NCBI GenBank assembly: GCA_045587445.1
Contig: JAZNCH010000069.1
Location: forward strand, 5,466 to 69,465
Origin: Eubacteriales bacterium
GTDB lineage: Bacteria > Bacillota > Clostridia > Oscillospirales > CAG-272
Length of the DNA stretch: 64,000 nt
Direction: 5' to 3'
Made by a program: the position numbers and the translations under genes. Shown piece after piece: positions 1-8,400 of this stretch (position 1 is its first letter; each line of letters opens with the position of its first letter). A model generated the notes under the pieces. The model was not told the DNA's origin, did no database searches, and saw only the letters and a list, made by a program, of their open reading frames with translations.

Positions 1-801
1 ATACTGCCTATGTTTGCAAAATATCAGATAACGACTTTCTGTGCGCCTCCCACGATGCTTCGTATGCTTATCAAAGAAGATATTTCAAAATACGACCTTT
101 CTTCAATAAGACATATGACGACTGCGGGCGAAGCTTTGAACCCCGAGGTATATAAGCAATTTGAAAAGCTTACGGGACTTCAGATTATGGAAGGTTTTGG
201 ACAGACCGAGCTTACTTTGGCTATTGCAAACCTTATGGGCGGAACGCATAAAGTAGGCTCAATGGGTAAACCCACTCCGCTTTATGATATAGACATAGTT
301 GACGAAAACGGCAACTCCGTTGCAGATGGTGAGACAGGCGAAATCGTTGTAAGAATAAGTGAAAAAGTTCCCTGCGGACTTTTTGAAGGATATTACAGAA
401 ACGAAGAAAAGACAAAGGAAGTTATGCACGATGGCTTCTATCACACAGGCGATACCGCTTGGCGTGATGAAGACGGCTTTTTCTGGTATGTGGGCAGAGT
501 TGATGACGTTATCAAGTCTTCGGGCTATCGCATAGGTCCGTTTGAGATTGAAAGTGTTATTATGGAATTGCCTTACGTTCTCGAGTGCGGTGTATCTGCA
601 GTACCCGACGAGGTAAGAGGTCAGGTAGTTAAGGCGAGTATCGTTCTTGTTAAGGGTGTTGAACCGACAGAACAGCTTAAAAAGGATATTCAGGCATATG
701 TTAAGAAGAATACAGCACCTTATAAGTATCCCAGAATAGTTGAATTTAAGGACGAGTTACCCAAGACTATCAGTGGAAAGATTCAGAGAAATAAGCTTTA
801 A
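1..801 (+). CDS. AMP-forming acyl-CoA synthetase (medium-chain ACSM/MACS-like), C-terminal part; the 5' end lies outside the window
   Basis: The frame is open from base 1 (..[20 protein letters not shown]..). AMP-ligase C-terminal hallmarks are present: [36 protein letters not shown]. It is a close paralog of the C-terminus of 1211-3499. Confidence 0.9.
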   Translation: MLPMFAKYQITTFCAPPTMLRMLIKEDISKYDLSSIRHMTTAGEALNPEVYKQFEKLTGLQIMEGFGQTELTLAIANLMGGTHKVGSMGKPTPLYDIDIVDENGNSVADGETGEIVVRISEKVPCGLFEGYYRNEEKTKEVMHDGFYHTGDTAWRDEDGFFWYVGRVDDVIKSSGYRIGPFEIESVIMELPYVLECGVSAVPDEVRGQVVKASIVLVKGVEPTEQLKKDIQAYVKKNTAPYKYPRIVEFKDELPKTISGKIQRNKL

Positions 802-848
802 TATTGTATTTAGGGGTTATAATTGAAATTTTAAATACAAAAAAGTTG

Positions 849-877
849 TTGACAAAATAACAAAGTTGTGATAAGAT
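849..877 (+). promoter_or_regulatory. sigma-A type promoter for the first T-box leader
   Basis: TTGACA (849-854), 17 nt spacer, TAAGAT (872-877), lying just upstream of the leader. Confidence 0.5.
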
Positions 878-883
878 ACTTAC

Positions 884-1187
884 AATATTGATAGTAAAGG
901 CTTCGACGAAGAGGGCAGAAAGTATATTTTTACCCAGAGAGACGGCGTTTTGGTGCGAGCCGTTTAAAAAGACTTTGTGTTTGTAGCTTCCGAGCCGGAA
1001 GAAAGAAAGCTTTTTGTAAAGAGAAGCAAGTAGAATCTTCCCGTAGTTGTCGCGTCAAGACATAGGAATTGTTGGATTCCGAGAGTGGCAGTTATAATTT
1101 TGACTGCAATTTGAGTGGTACCGCGGGTGTATAGGACAATCAGCACTCGTCTCAAAGTCATTAACTTTGGGATGAGTGCTTTTCTTA
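884..1187 (+). promoter_or_regulatory. T-box riboswitch leader (candidate specifier GUA, Val) with intrinsic terminator
   Basis: Stem I AG bulge AGAGAG (936-941), distal-loop GGUG (952-955), conserved T-box sequence GAGUGGUACCGCG (1113-1125), terminator hairpin AGCACUC..GAGUGCU (1142-1180) followed by a U-run. The Stem I base GGCUUCG (899-905) pairs with CGAGCC (991-996). Confidence 0.85.
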
Positions 1188-1210
1188 TCCCGGAAACGGA
1201 GAATGATTTT

Positions 1211-3499
1211 ATGCAACAGATGACAGGTCTTGACTACAAGATCAGAGAAATGGCGGGGCGTATAAAGGAGCTTCGCGAACTTGAGGCGTTAAGCCCCGAA
1301 GATATGGCGCAAAAGACCGGCGTTACGGTTGAGGAATACTTGCTTTGTGAAAAGGGAGAAAGCGACTTAAACTTTGCATTTATTTACAGATGCGCACTTG
1401 CTTTGAACGTAAACGTAACCGATATTATCGAAGGTTATTCGCCGAGACTTAAGTCTTATACTGTAACGAGAGCGGGAACGGGACAAAAGGTATCTCAGGC
1501 GCACGGTATGACGTATTTTAATATGGCGTATTCGTTTACGAACCGTATAGCAGAGCCTTTGTTTGTTAAGAGCGTATATGACGAAGAGGCACAGTCGAGG
1601 GATATTGAGCTGACGAGCCACGAGGGGCAGGAATGTGATATTATTATCGAAGGAAATCTGCTTGTTCAGATAGGTGAACACAGAGAGATACTTGGCCCCG
1701 GAGACAGTATTTATTTTAACAGTAATACTCCTCACGGTATGATTGCGGTTAACGGCAAGGACTGCTCGTTTTATGCTATAGTTCTTAATCCGACGGGTGA
1801 GCCAATACCTGAACTTACACCGTCAAAACTTATAAAGAGCAATACTGTAGTTGAAAAAGATACCAAGGACAGAATATATAAGAAGTTTATTGACGTTACC
1901 GAAAACGAAAAGGGAACGCCTACTTCAATAAATTTCAAGAATACCGATAGATTTAATTTTGCGTTTGACCTTGTTGATGAGCTGGCGGCGAAAGATCCCG
2001 ACAAGCTTGCGATGCTCCACATATCCAAGGATATGACGGAGAGAAGATTTACTTTCAAGGATATGAAACGTGCATCGGCTCAGTGTGCAAACTACTTTAA
2101 GTCGCTCGGAATTAAAAAAGGCGACAGAGTAATGCTCGTTTTGAAGAGACATTATCAGTTCTGGTTTGCGATGCTCGGCTTAAATAAGCTTGGAGCCATA
2201 GCTATTCCTGCAACAAATCAGCTTGTTGAGCACGATTTTGAATACAGATTTAACTCTGCAGGCGTTTGCGGTGTAATATGTACTGCAGACGGAGATACTG
2301 CTAATCAGATTGAAATGGCGGCAGAAAAGAGCCCGACACTCAAGCATAAGATTATTGTAAACGGCGAACGTGAGGGCTGGAGAACTTTTGACGAGGAATA
2401 TACTCTTTACAGTTCTCACTTTGACAGAAAAGAGGATTCACCTTGCGGCGACGACTTAATGCTTATGTTCTTTACATCGGGAACGTCTGGGTATCCGAAG
2501 ATTGCCGCACATAACTATAAATATGCTTTGGGTCATTTCCATACAGCAAAGTATTGGCACAACGTTGACCCCGAGGGATTGCATTTTACCATATCCGATA
2601 CCGGTTGGGCAAAATCCATGTGGGGTAAACTGTATGGTCAGTGGCTTTGCGAGGCGGCGACGTTTGTTTATGACTTTGACAGATTTAACGCGGCTGAAAT
2701 ATTGCCTATGTTTGCAAAGCACAAGATAACGACGTTCTGCGCTCCCCCCACAATGCTTCGTATGCTTATCAAAGAAGATATTTCAAAATACGATTTTTCA
2801 TCTGTAAAGCATATGACGACTGCGGGCGAGGCATTGAATCCCGAGGTTTACAAGCAGTTTGAAAAGGCAACCGGACTTCAGATAATCGAAGGTTTCGGTC
2901 AGTCCGAAAGCACTATGATTATAGGTAATATGGTAGGCGCACCGCATAAGATTGGTTCTATGGGACGCGCGACACCCGTATATGACGTTGATATAGTAGA
3001 TGCAGACGGAAATACAGTTCCCGTCGGTGAAACGGGCGAAATTGTCGTTAACGTTAAAAACGGAGCGCCCTGCGGTTTGTTTACAGGATATTACAACGAT
3101 CCCGAAAAGACAAAGGAAGTATGGCACGACGGCTTCTATCATACGGGTGACGTTGCGTGGAAGGACGAAGATGGCTTCTTCTGGTATGTGGGCAGAGTTG
3201 ACGACGTTATCAAGTCTTCGGGCTACCGCATAGGTCCGTTCGAGATAGAAAGCGTTATTATGGAATTGCCTTACGTTCTTGAGTGCGGTGTATCAGCAGC
3301 ACCCGACGAGGTAAGAGGTCAGGTTGTTAAGGCAAGTATCGTTCTTGTAAAGGGAACAGAGCCTTCAGATGAACTCAAGAGACAGATTCAGAAGTACGTA
3401 AAAGAAAAGACCGCACCATATAAGTACCCAAGAATAGTTGAATTTAAGGACGAGTTACCCAAGACGGTAAGCGGAAAGATACAAAGAAACAAACTGTGA
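1211..3499 (+). CDS. Fusion protein: XRE-type HTH + cupin domain (N-terminal ~230 aa) joined to an AMP-forming acyl-CoA synthetase (ACSM/MACS-like)
   Basis: ATG 1211 follows GGAGAA and lies downstream of the T-box terminator; the ORF-track start 1115 sits inside the leader. HTH: LSPEDMAQKTGVTVEEYLLCEKGE. Cupin: HEGQECDIIIEG..GDSIYFNSNTPHG. Ligase: [34 protein letters not shown]. Confidence 0.9.
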   Translation: MQQMTGLDYKIREMAGRIKELRELEALSPEDMAQKTGVTVEEYLLCEKGESDLNFAFIYRCALALNVNVTDIIEGYSPRLKSYTVTRAGTGQKVSQAHGMTYFNMAYSFTNRIAEPLFVKSVYDEEAQSRDIELTSHEGQECDIIIEGNLLVQIGEHREILGPGDSIYFNSNTPHGMIAVNGKDCSFYAIVLNPTGEPIPELTPSKLIKSNTVVEKDTKDRIYKKFIDVTENEKGTPTSINFKNTDRFNFAFDLVDELAAKDPDKLAMLHISKDMTERRFTFKDMKRASAQCANYFKSLGIKKGDRVMLVLKRHYQFWFAMLGLNKLGAIAIPATNQLVEHDFEYRFNSAGVCGVICTADGDTANQIEMAAEKSPTLKHKIIVNGEREGWRTFDEEYTLYSSHFDRKEDSPCGDDLMLMFFTSGTSGYPKIAAHNYKYALGHFHTAKYWHNVDPEGLHFTISDTGWAKSMWGKLYGQWLCEAATFVYDFDRFNAAEILPMFAKHKITTFCAPPTMLRMLIKEDISKYDFSSVKHMTTAGEALNPEVYKQFEKATGLQIIEGFGQSESTMIIGNMVGAPHKIGSMGRATPVYDVDIVDADGNTVPVGETGEIVVNVKNGAPCGLFTGYYNDPEKTKEVWHDGFYHTGDVAWKDEDGFFWYVGRVDDVIKSSGYRIGPFEIESVIMELPYVLECGVSAAPDEVRGQVVKASIVLVKGTEPSDELKRQIQKYVKEKTAPYKYPRIVEFKDELPKTVSGKIQRNKL

Positions 3500-3511
3500 G
3501 GTGGATTTGGA

Positions 3512-4315
3512 GTGTCAAATAAATTAAAAGTATCTTGTATCCAAATGGATATGGCTTTTGGCTCAAGCAGTGAAAACTTTGTAAAGGCAGAAGAGCTTAT
3601 ACGAAATGCCGCAAAGGACAATCCCGACGTTATTGTGTTGCCGGAGACGTGGAATACAGGCTTTTTTCCCGAAGAGTCGATAAAGGATTATTGCGACAAG
3701 GACGGAGAGAAGACGAAGAGGGTTATCGGCGGACTTGCAAAGGAATTGAACGTTAATATTGTTGCGGGAAGCGTGGCAAACGTTAAGAATGATGAAATGC
3801 ATAACACCTCTTACGTGTTTGACAGAGAGGGCAACTGTATTGCCGAATATGACAAGACACATCTTTTCTCACCAATGAAAGAGGATAAGCATTTTGCAAA
3901 GGGAAACCGTATTTGCAAATTTACCCTTGACGGAAAGAGTTGCGGTGTTATAATATGTTATGATATAAGATTTCCCGAGTTTGTCAGAACGATGACCGTA
4001 ACGGGTCTCGACTGCTTGTTTGTGGTTACCCAGTGGCCGCATGTCAGAATAGCGCACTTGAATGCGCTTGCAAAAGCAAGGGCGATTGAAAATCAGATGT
4101 TCGTTTGTTGCTGTAATAGCTGCGGCAAGGCGGGTAGAAACGTATTTTCGGGTTGTTCTCGTATATTTGACCCTTGGGGCGAAGAGATTGCGGCGACGGG
4201 CGAAACCGAGGATATTATATCGGCAGAGCTTGATTTCGGTGTTATCGAAAACATAAGAAGCACGATAAATGTGTTTGCCGACAGACGTCCCGAGCTTTAT
4301 GACGTAAAAAAATAA
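3512..4315 (+). CDS. Carbon-nitrogen hydrolase (nitrilase superfamily, omega-amidase/Nit-like)
   Basis: The E-K-C triad contexts are intact: VIVLPETWNTGF, YDKTHLF, GVIICYDIRFPE. It starts 12 nt after the ligase stop. Confidence 0.85.
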   Translation: MSNKLKVSCIQMDMAFGSSSENFVKAEELIRNAAKDNPDVIVLPETWNTGFFPEESIKDYCDKDGEKTKRVIGGLAKELNVNIVAGSVANVKNDEMHNTSYVFDREGNCIAEYDKTHLFSPMKEDKHFAKGNRICKFTLDGKSCGVIICYDIRFPEFVRTMTVTGLDCLFVVTQWPHVRIAHLNALAKARAIENQMFVCCCNSCGKAGRNVFSGCSRIFDPWGEEIAATGETEDIISAELDFGVIENIRSTINVFADRRPELYDVKK

Positions 4316-4350
4316 TTCATACGGAAAGGAGCATTAAAAGATAATAAAAA

Positions 4351-5013
4351 ATGAAAAGAGTAACGATTTTTTCGGGACATTACGGAAGCGGAAAGACCAA
4401 TCTTGCCGTAAACTATGCTTTAATGCTTCGCGAGATGGATTACGAGGTAAGCATAGCCGACCTTGATATAGTAAATCCGTACTTTCGTACCAAGGACAGC
4501 GAGGAGTTATTTTTAAAGAATAATATAGAGCTTGTGTCTCTGCCGTTTGCAAATACAAGCGTTGATTTGCCAAGTCTTCCGTCAGCGGCTTACGGTCTGT
4601 TTGACAGAAAAGACAGACAGGTTATAATTGACCTTGGAGGCGACGACAGAGGAGCGTTGGCTCTCGGGCGTTTTGTGCCGAGACTCAAAGAAGATAACGA
4701 CTATGAGATGATTTTTACGGTAAACTTTTATAGACCGCTTACTACGACGGTTGAAGAAGCGTATGAGGTTTTTAAAGAAATTGAATACGCAGCGAAGCTG
4801 AAGTTTACGAAAATAGTAAACAACTCAAATCTTGGTGAAGAAACGACAGCAGATGACGTTATAAGAACGGTTGAATTGACTGAACGGTTGGCGAAGCTGA
4901 CAAATACTGAAGTAATGTATACGGCGGTTAAAGAGTCGATTGCCGATGAAGTATCAAAGGTTATTGGAAAGAATAAGGTTTTTCGTCTGAAATTGCAGGA
5001 AAAACTGTTTTAA
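4351..5013 (+). CDS. P-loop NTPase (MinD/ParA/CooC-like ATP-binding protein) of unknown role
   Basis: Walker A GHYGSGKTN at the N-terminus and a DLGGDD Walker-B-like motif. It sits directly upstream of the oxidoreductase genes. Confidence 0.7.
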   Translation: MKRVTIFSGHYGSGKTNLAVNYALMLREMDYEVSIADLDIVNPYFRTKDSEELFLKNNIELVSLPFANTSVDLPSLPSAAYGLFDRKDRQVIIDLGGDDRGALALGRFVPRLKEDNDYEMIFTVNFYRPLTTTVEEAYEVFKEIEYAAKLKFTKIVNNSNLGEETTADDVIRTVELTERLAKLTNTEVMYTAVKESIADEVSKVIGKNKVFRLKLQEKLF

Positions 5014-5047
5014 TAAAAATAATAATATTCAGATAGGAGCAATCTAT

Positions 5048-5254
5048 ATGAAAAAAGTTAGCTTTGCGACGGATCTTTGCAAGGGTTGCGGACTTTGTGT
5101 TGACGTATGCCCCAAGAAGATTATAGTACTTGCAAAAGACAAGATTAACAAAAAGGGACATTCTCCCGCCGAGATAACGGATCAGGAAAAGTGCATAGGC
5201 TGTGCATTCTGTGCGACCATGTGCCCCGACTGCGTTATAACGGTTGAAAAGTGA
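5048..5254 (+). CDS. 2-oxoacid:ferredoxin oxidoreductase delta subunit (2x[4Fe-4S] ferredoxin)
   Basis: Two CxxCxxCxxxCP motifs (CKGCGLCVDVCP, CIGCAFCATMCP) in a 68 aa protein. Confidence 0.9.
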   Translation: MKKVSFATDLCKGCGLCVDVCPKKIIVLAKDKINKKGHSPAEITDQEKCIGCAFCATMCPDCVITVEK

Positions 5255-5264
5255 GGTGGATTTT

Positions 5265-6326
5265 GTGGCAGATAAGGTTTTGATGAAAGGTAACGAAGCA
5301 ATAGCTGAAGCGGCAATTAAGGCAGGCTGCCGTCATTACTTCGGTTATCCTATAACACCCCAGACAGAAATTGCGGCTTATATGGCAAAGAGAATGCCCA
5401 AGATAGGCGGCGTGTTTCTTCAGGCAGAAAGTGAAATTTCCGCAATTAATATGGTATACGGCGTTGCAGGCACAGGTATGCGTGTTATGACGTCATCTTC
5501 CAGCCCGGGTGTATCCCTTAAACAAGAGGGTATTTCCTACATAGCAGGTGCAGACCTGCCCGCACTTATAGTAAACGTACAGAGAGGCGGCCCCGGTCTC
5601 GGCGGTATTCAGCCTTCACAGTCAGACTATTTTCAGGCAACAAAGGGCGGCGGTCATGGCGACTACCATTTGATAGTACTTGCTCCCGCATCCGTTCAGG
5701 AAATGGCTGATATGACTATTCTTTCTTTTGACCTTGCAGAAAAATACCGTGTTCCCGCAATGCTTCTTGCAGACGGAACTATGGGTCAGATGATGGAACC
5801 GGTTGAATTGCCGGAGGTAGATTATAAGCCTACCGAAAAGGATTGGACGGTTACAGGAACACAGATGAAGAGAAAGCACAATATAGTAAACTCTCTCTAT
5901 TTGCTCCCCGAAGAACTTGAAAAGACAAATATTGAAAGATTTGAAAGATATAAGACTATCGAAGAAAACGAAGCAAGATATGAATCCTTTATGATGGAAG
6001 ATGCAGAATATTGCGTAGTTGCATTCGGTATAGCTTCCCGTGTTTCAAAGAACGCAGTAATTGCGGCAAGAAATATGGGTATTAAGGTTGGTATGATAAG
6101 ACCTATAACCCTTTGGCCGTTCCCCAAGAAGCCTTTGGCAGAAGCGGCAGAAAAGGTAAAGGGATTCCTTAGCGTTGAATTGTCTATGGGTCAGATGATT
6201 GAAGACGTAAAACTTGCGACAGAGTGCAAGAGACCCGTTGAGCTTTGCAACCGTGTCGGCGGTATGATTCCTACTCCCGAGCAGGTTCTCGAAGCTATAA
6301 AGAAAATGGCAGGAGGCGAAAGATAA
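5265..6326 (+). CDS. 2-oxoacid:ferredoxin oxidoreductase alpha subunit (VorA/KorA type)
   Basis: N-terminus ..[37 protein letters not shown] at 5265 lies 7 nt after GAGGTGG; the ORF-track start 5244 overlaps the delta gene. Confidence 0.88.
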   Translation: MADKVLMKGNEAIAEAAIKAGCRHYFGYPITPQTEIAAYMAKRMPKIGGVFLQAESEISAINMVYGVAGTGMRVMTSSSSPGVSLKQEGISYIAGADLPALIVNVQRGGPGLGGIQPSQSDYFQATKGGGHGDYHLIVLAPASVQEMADMTILSFDLAEKYRVPAMLLADGTMGQMMEPVELPEVDYKPTEKDWTVTGTQMKRKHNIVNSLYLLPEELEKTNIERFERYKTIEENEARYESFMMEDAEYCVVAFGIASRVSKNAVIAARNMGIKVGMIRPITLWPFPKKPLAEAAEKVKGFLSVELSMGQMIEDVKLATECKRPVELCNRVGGMIPTPEQVLEAIKKMAGGER

Positions 6327-7078
6327 TGGTAGTATTTGAAAAGCCCAAAAGCTTGACGGATGCCGAGCTTCACTATTGCCCCGGTTGCACACACGGTATT
6401 ATTCACCGCCTTGTTGCTCAGGCTATAGATGATCTTGGTATAGAAGGAAAGACCGTAGGTGTAGCACCCGTTGGTTGTGCAGTTATGGCATATAACTATT
6501 TTGCTTGTGATATGGTAGAGGCAGCACACGGACGTGCTCCCGCTGTTGCGACCGGTTTAAAGAGAGCGATGCCTGAAAACGTTATTTTCACATATCAGGG
6601 AGACGGCGATTTGGCTTCAATCGGTATGGCAGAGACTGTACACGCAGCGACAAGAAATGAAAATATTACCGTAATTTTCGTAAATAATGCGATATATGGT
6701 ATGACGGGCGGACAGATGGCTCCTACCTCTCTTCCCGGTCAGGTAACACAGACTTCTCCTTACGGCAGAGACGTTTCGACAGCAGGTTATCCTGTAAAGG
6801 TAAGCGAAATGCTTTCTACTCTTGACGGTCCCGAATTTATTGCAAGAGTTGCGGTAAATAACGTTAAGAACGTAAAGGAAGCACAGAAAGTTATTAAGAA
6901 GGCATTTGAAAATCAGATAAACAAAAAAGGATTTTCGCTTGTTGAGGTTGTATCATCTTGTCCTACAAACTGGGGTATGACACCTGTTGACGCACTCAAG
7001 TGGGTTGACGAAAAGATGATTCCTTATTATCCTCTCGGCGTATATAAGGACAGAAGCGCAACAAAGGAGGCTGAATAA
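6326..7078 (+). CDS. 2-oxoacid:ferredoxin oxidoreductase beta subunit (TPP-binding)
   Basis: The ATG overlaps the alpha-subunit stop (TAATG). Motifs: [24 protein letters not shown].. and the TPP motif [20 protein letters not shown]. Confidence 0.9.
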   Translation: MVVFEKPKSLTDAELHYCPGCTHGIIHRLVAQAIDDLGIEGKTVGVAPVGCAVMAYNYFACDMVEAAHGRAPAVATGLKRAMPENVIFTYQGDGDLASIGMAETVHAATRNENITVIFVNNAIYGMTGGQMAPTSLPGQVTQTSPYGRDVSTAGYPVKVSEMLSTLDGPEFIARVAVNNVKNVKEAQKVIKKAFENQINKKGFSLVEVVSSCPTNWGMTPVDALKWVDEKMIPYYPLGVYKDRSATKEAE

Positions 7079-7080
7079 TT

Positions 7081-7614
7081 ATGACAACAAATACACTTAT
7101 AGCAGGATTTGGCGGTCAGGGCGTTCTTTTTGCGGGTAAGTTTATGGCATACAAGGGAATGCTTGAGGGTAAAGAGATAAGTTGGTTGCCTTCATACGGC
7201 CCCGAAATGAGAGGCGGTACTGCAAACTGTAGCGTAATACTCAGCGACGAACCGATTGGTTCTCCCATTGTATCGAATCCCGACGTTCTTATTGCTATGA
7301 ACCTTCCCTCACTTGATAAGTATGAGAATACGGTTGTACCGGGTGGTATGATTTTTGTTGATTCGACCCTCATCGAAAGAAGGGTTGAGAGAACAGACGT
7401 CAAGGTGTTCTACATACCGACGACAAAACTTGCTCAGGAGATAGGTGCTCCTACGTTGGCAAATATGATAATGATGGGTAAGTTTATAAAAGAAGCCGGA
7501 GCCGTAACACACGACAATATGGAAGCCGCTTTGAAGAAAGTAGTTTCAGCCAAAAGAGCAGATATGCTTGAGATTAACCTTAAGGCAATTGATACAGGCT
7601 ACAATTTTGAATAA
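7081..7614 (+). CDS. 2-oxoacid:ferredoxin oxidoreductase gamma subunit
   Basis: [25 protein letters not shown], typical of the POR/VOR/KOR gamma family. It starts 2 nt after the beta-subunit stop. Confidence 0.9.
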   Translation: MTTNTLIAGFGGQGVLFAGKFMAYKGMLEGKEISWLPSYGPEMRGGTANCSVILSDEPIGSPIVSNPDVLIAMNLPSLDKYENTVVPGGMIFVDSTLIERRVERTDVKVFYIPTTKLAQEIGAPTLANMIMMGKFIKEAGAVTHDNMEAALKKVVSAKRADMLEINLKAIDTGYNFE

Positions 7615-7625
7615 AGATAAAGAAA

Positions 7626-7656
7626 AAGTACGGGTTTCTCCCGTGCTTTTTCTTTA
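7626..7656 (+). terminator. Rho-independent terminator ending the ligase/oxidoreductase operon
   Basis: Hairpin GUACGGG-uuuc-CCCGUGC followed by UUUUUCUUU. Confidence 0.75.
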
Positions 7657-7671
7657 TTCGACACAATATAT

Positions 7672-7700
7672 TGACAAAATGTTAATAAAGTGTTATGATT
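7672..7700 (+). promoter_or_regulatory. sigma-A type promoter
   Basis: TTGACA (7672-7677), 17 nt spacer, TATGAT (7695-7700), upstream of the 7735 gene. Confidence 0.5.
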
Positions 7701-7734
7701 AATATATAAATATATAAATAGGAGGGTTTATATT

Positions 7735-8292
7735 ATGCCACCAGGAATACAAAGTGCAATGATACTAATGTCTTTAGGAGCTATAGCATCACTAATTGTA
7801 ACTATAGTTTTGTGTTTGACTGTAGTACCGGACAAAAAGCGTGATTCTCTCAAGGGATTTGGAAGATTTTTGAACGATTTGTTTAACTTCAGAGGCTTGT
7901 TGATTGAAGCTATTGTAAAGACGCTTTACGTTTTGATAACGGTAACTTTTGTTGTGGGCGGCTTCTTTATGCTCTTTATAGTTAACACACAGGAGAACTT
8001 TTTCACCGGCGAAACATCAACTGTATGGTACGGCTGGGTAGGTCTTATTGCAATGATAGTAGGACCTATTGCTACACGTCTTGTATTTGAAGGAATGATG
8101 CTCTTTATTCTTTTGGTTAAGAACACTATTCAAATAAATAACAAACTGAAAGACCAATACAGAACTGACGAATGTCCCAAGAAAGATAAGAAGGCTCAAA
8201 AACAGGCACCTATCGCTCAGGTTCCCACAGCTCCCGCACAGCCAACACAGCCTACACAGGCGGAACAAGCTCCGACTGACCCGCAAGTATAA
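7735..8292 (+). CDS. Small membrane protein (DUF4282-like) with a Pro/Gln/Ala-rich C-terminal tail
   Basis: Three to four hydrophobic helices and a low-complexity tail QAPIAQVPTAPAQPTQPTQAEQAPTDPQ. RBS AGGAGGG lies upstream. Confidence 0.6.
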   Translation: MPPGIQSAMILMSLGAIASLIVTIVLCLTVVPDKKRDSLKGFGRFLNDLFNFRGLLIEAIVKTLYVLITVTFVVGGFFMLFIVNTQENFFTGETSTVWYGWVGLIAMIVGPIATRLVFEGMMLFILLVKNTIQINNKLKDQYRTDECPKKDKKAQKQAPIAQVPTAPAQPTQPTQAEQAPTDPQV

Positions 8293-8400
8293 ATTAGACA
8301 AATACACTAAAAGACAGTTTCTTGTAAACTGTCTTTTTTGTTGACAAAATGCTACAAAAATGATACTATAAAAATAGGACGGAAAAGGAGGCTTTGTTTT

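Noticed and set aside
1115-1210. ORF-track start of the ligase fusion at 1115
   Set aside because: That start lies inside the T-box antiterminator/terminator. The ATG at 1211, preceded by GGAGAA, lies just downstream of the terminator.
8338-8400. Upstream start (8338) for the lipoprotein, and the similar long starts at 6245, 52675 and 58559
   Set aside because: The internal ATGs give canonical N-termini (signal peptide, MVVFEKPK.., MSGKITK.., MAELLAK..) with proper RBS spacing. The long forms overlap upstream genes or terminators.
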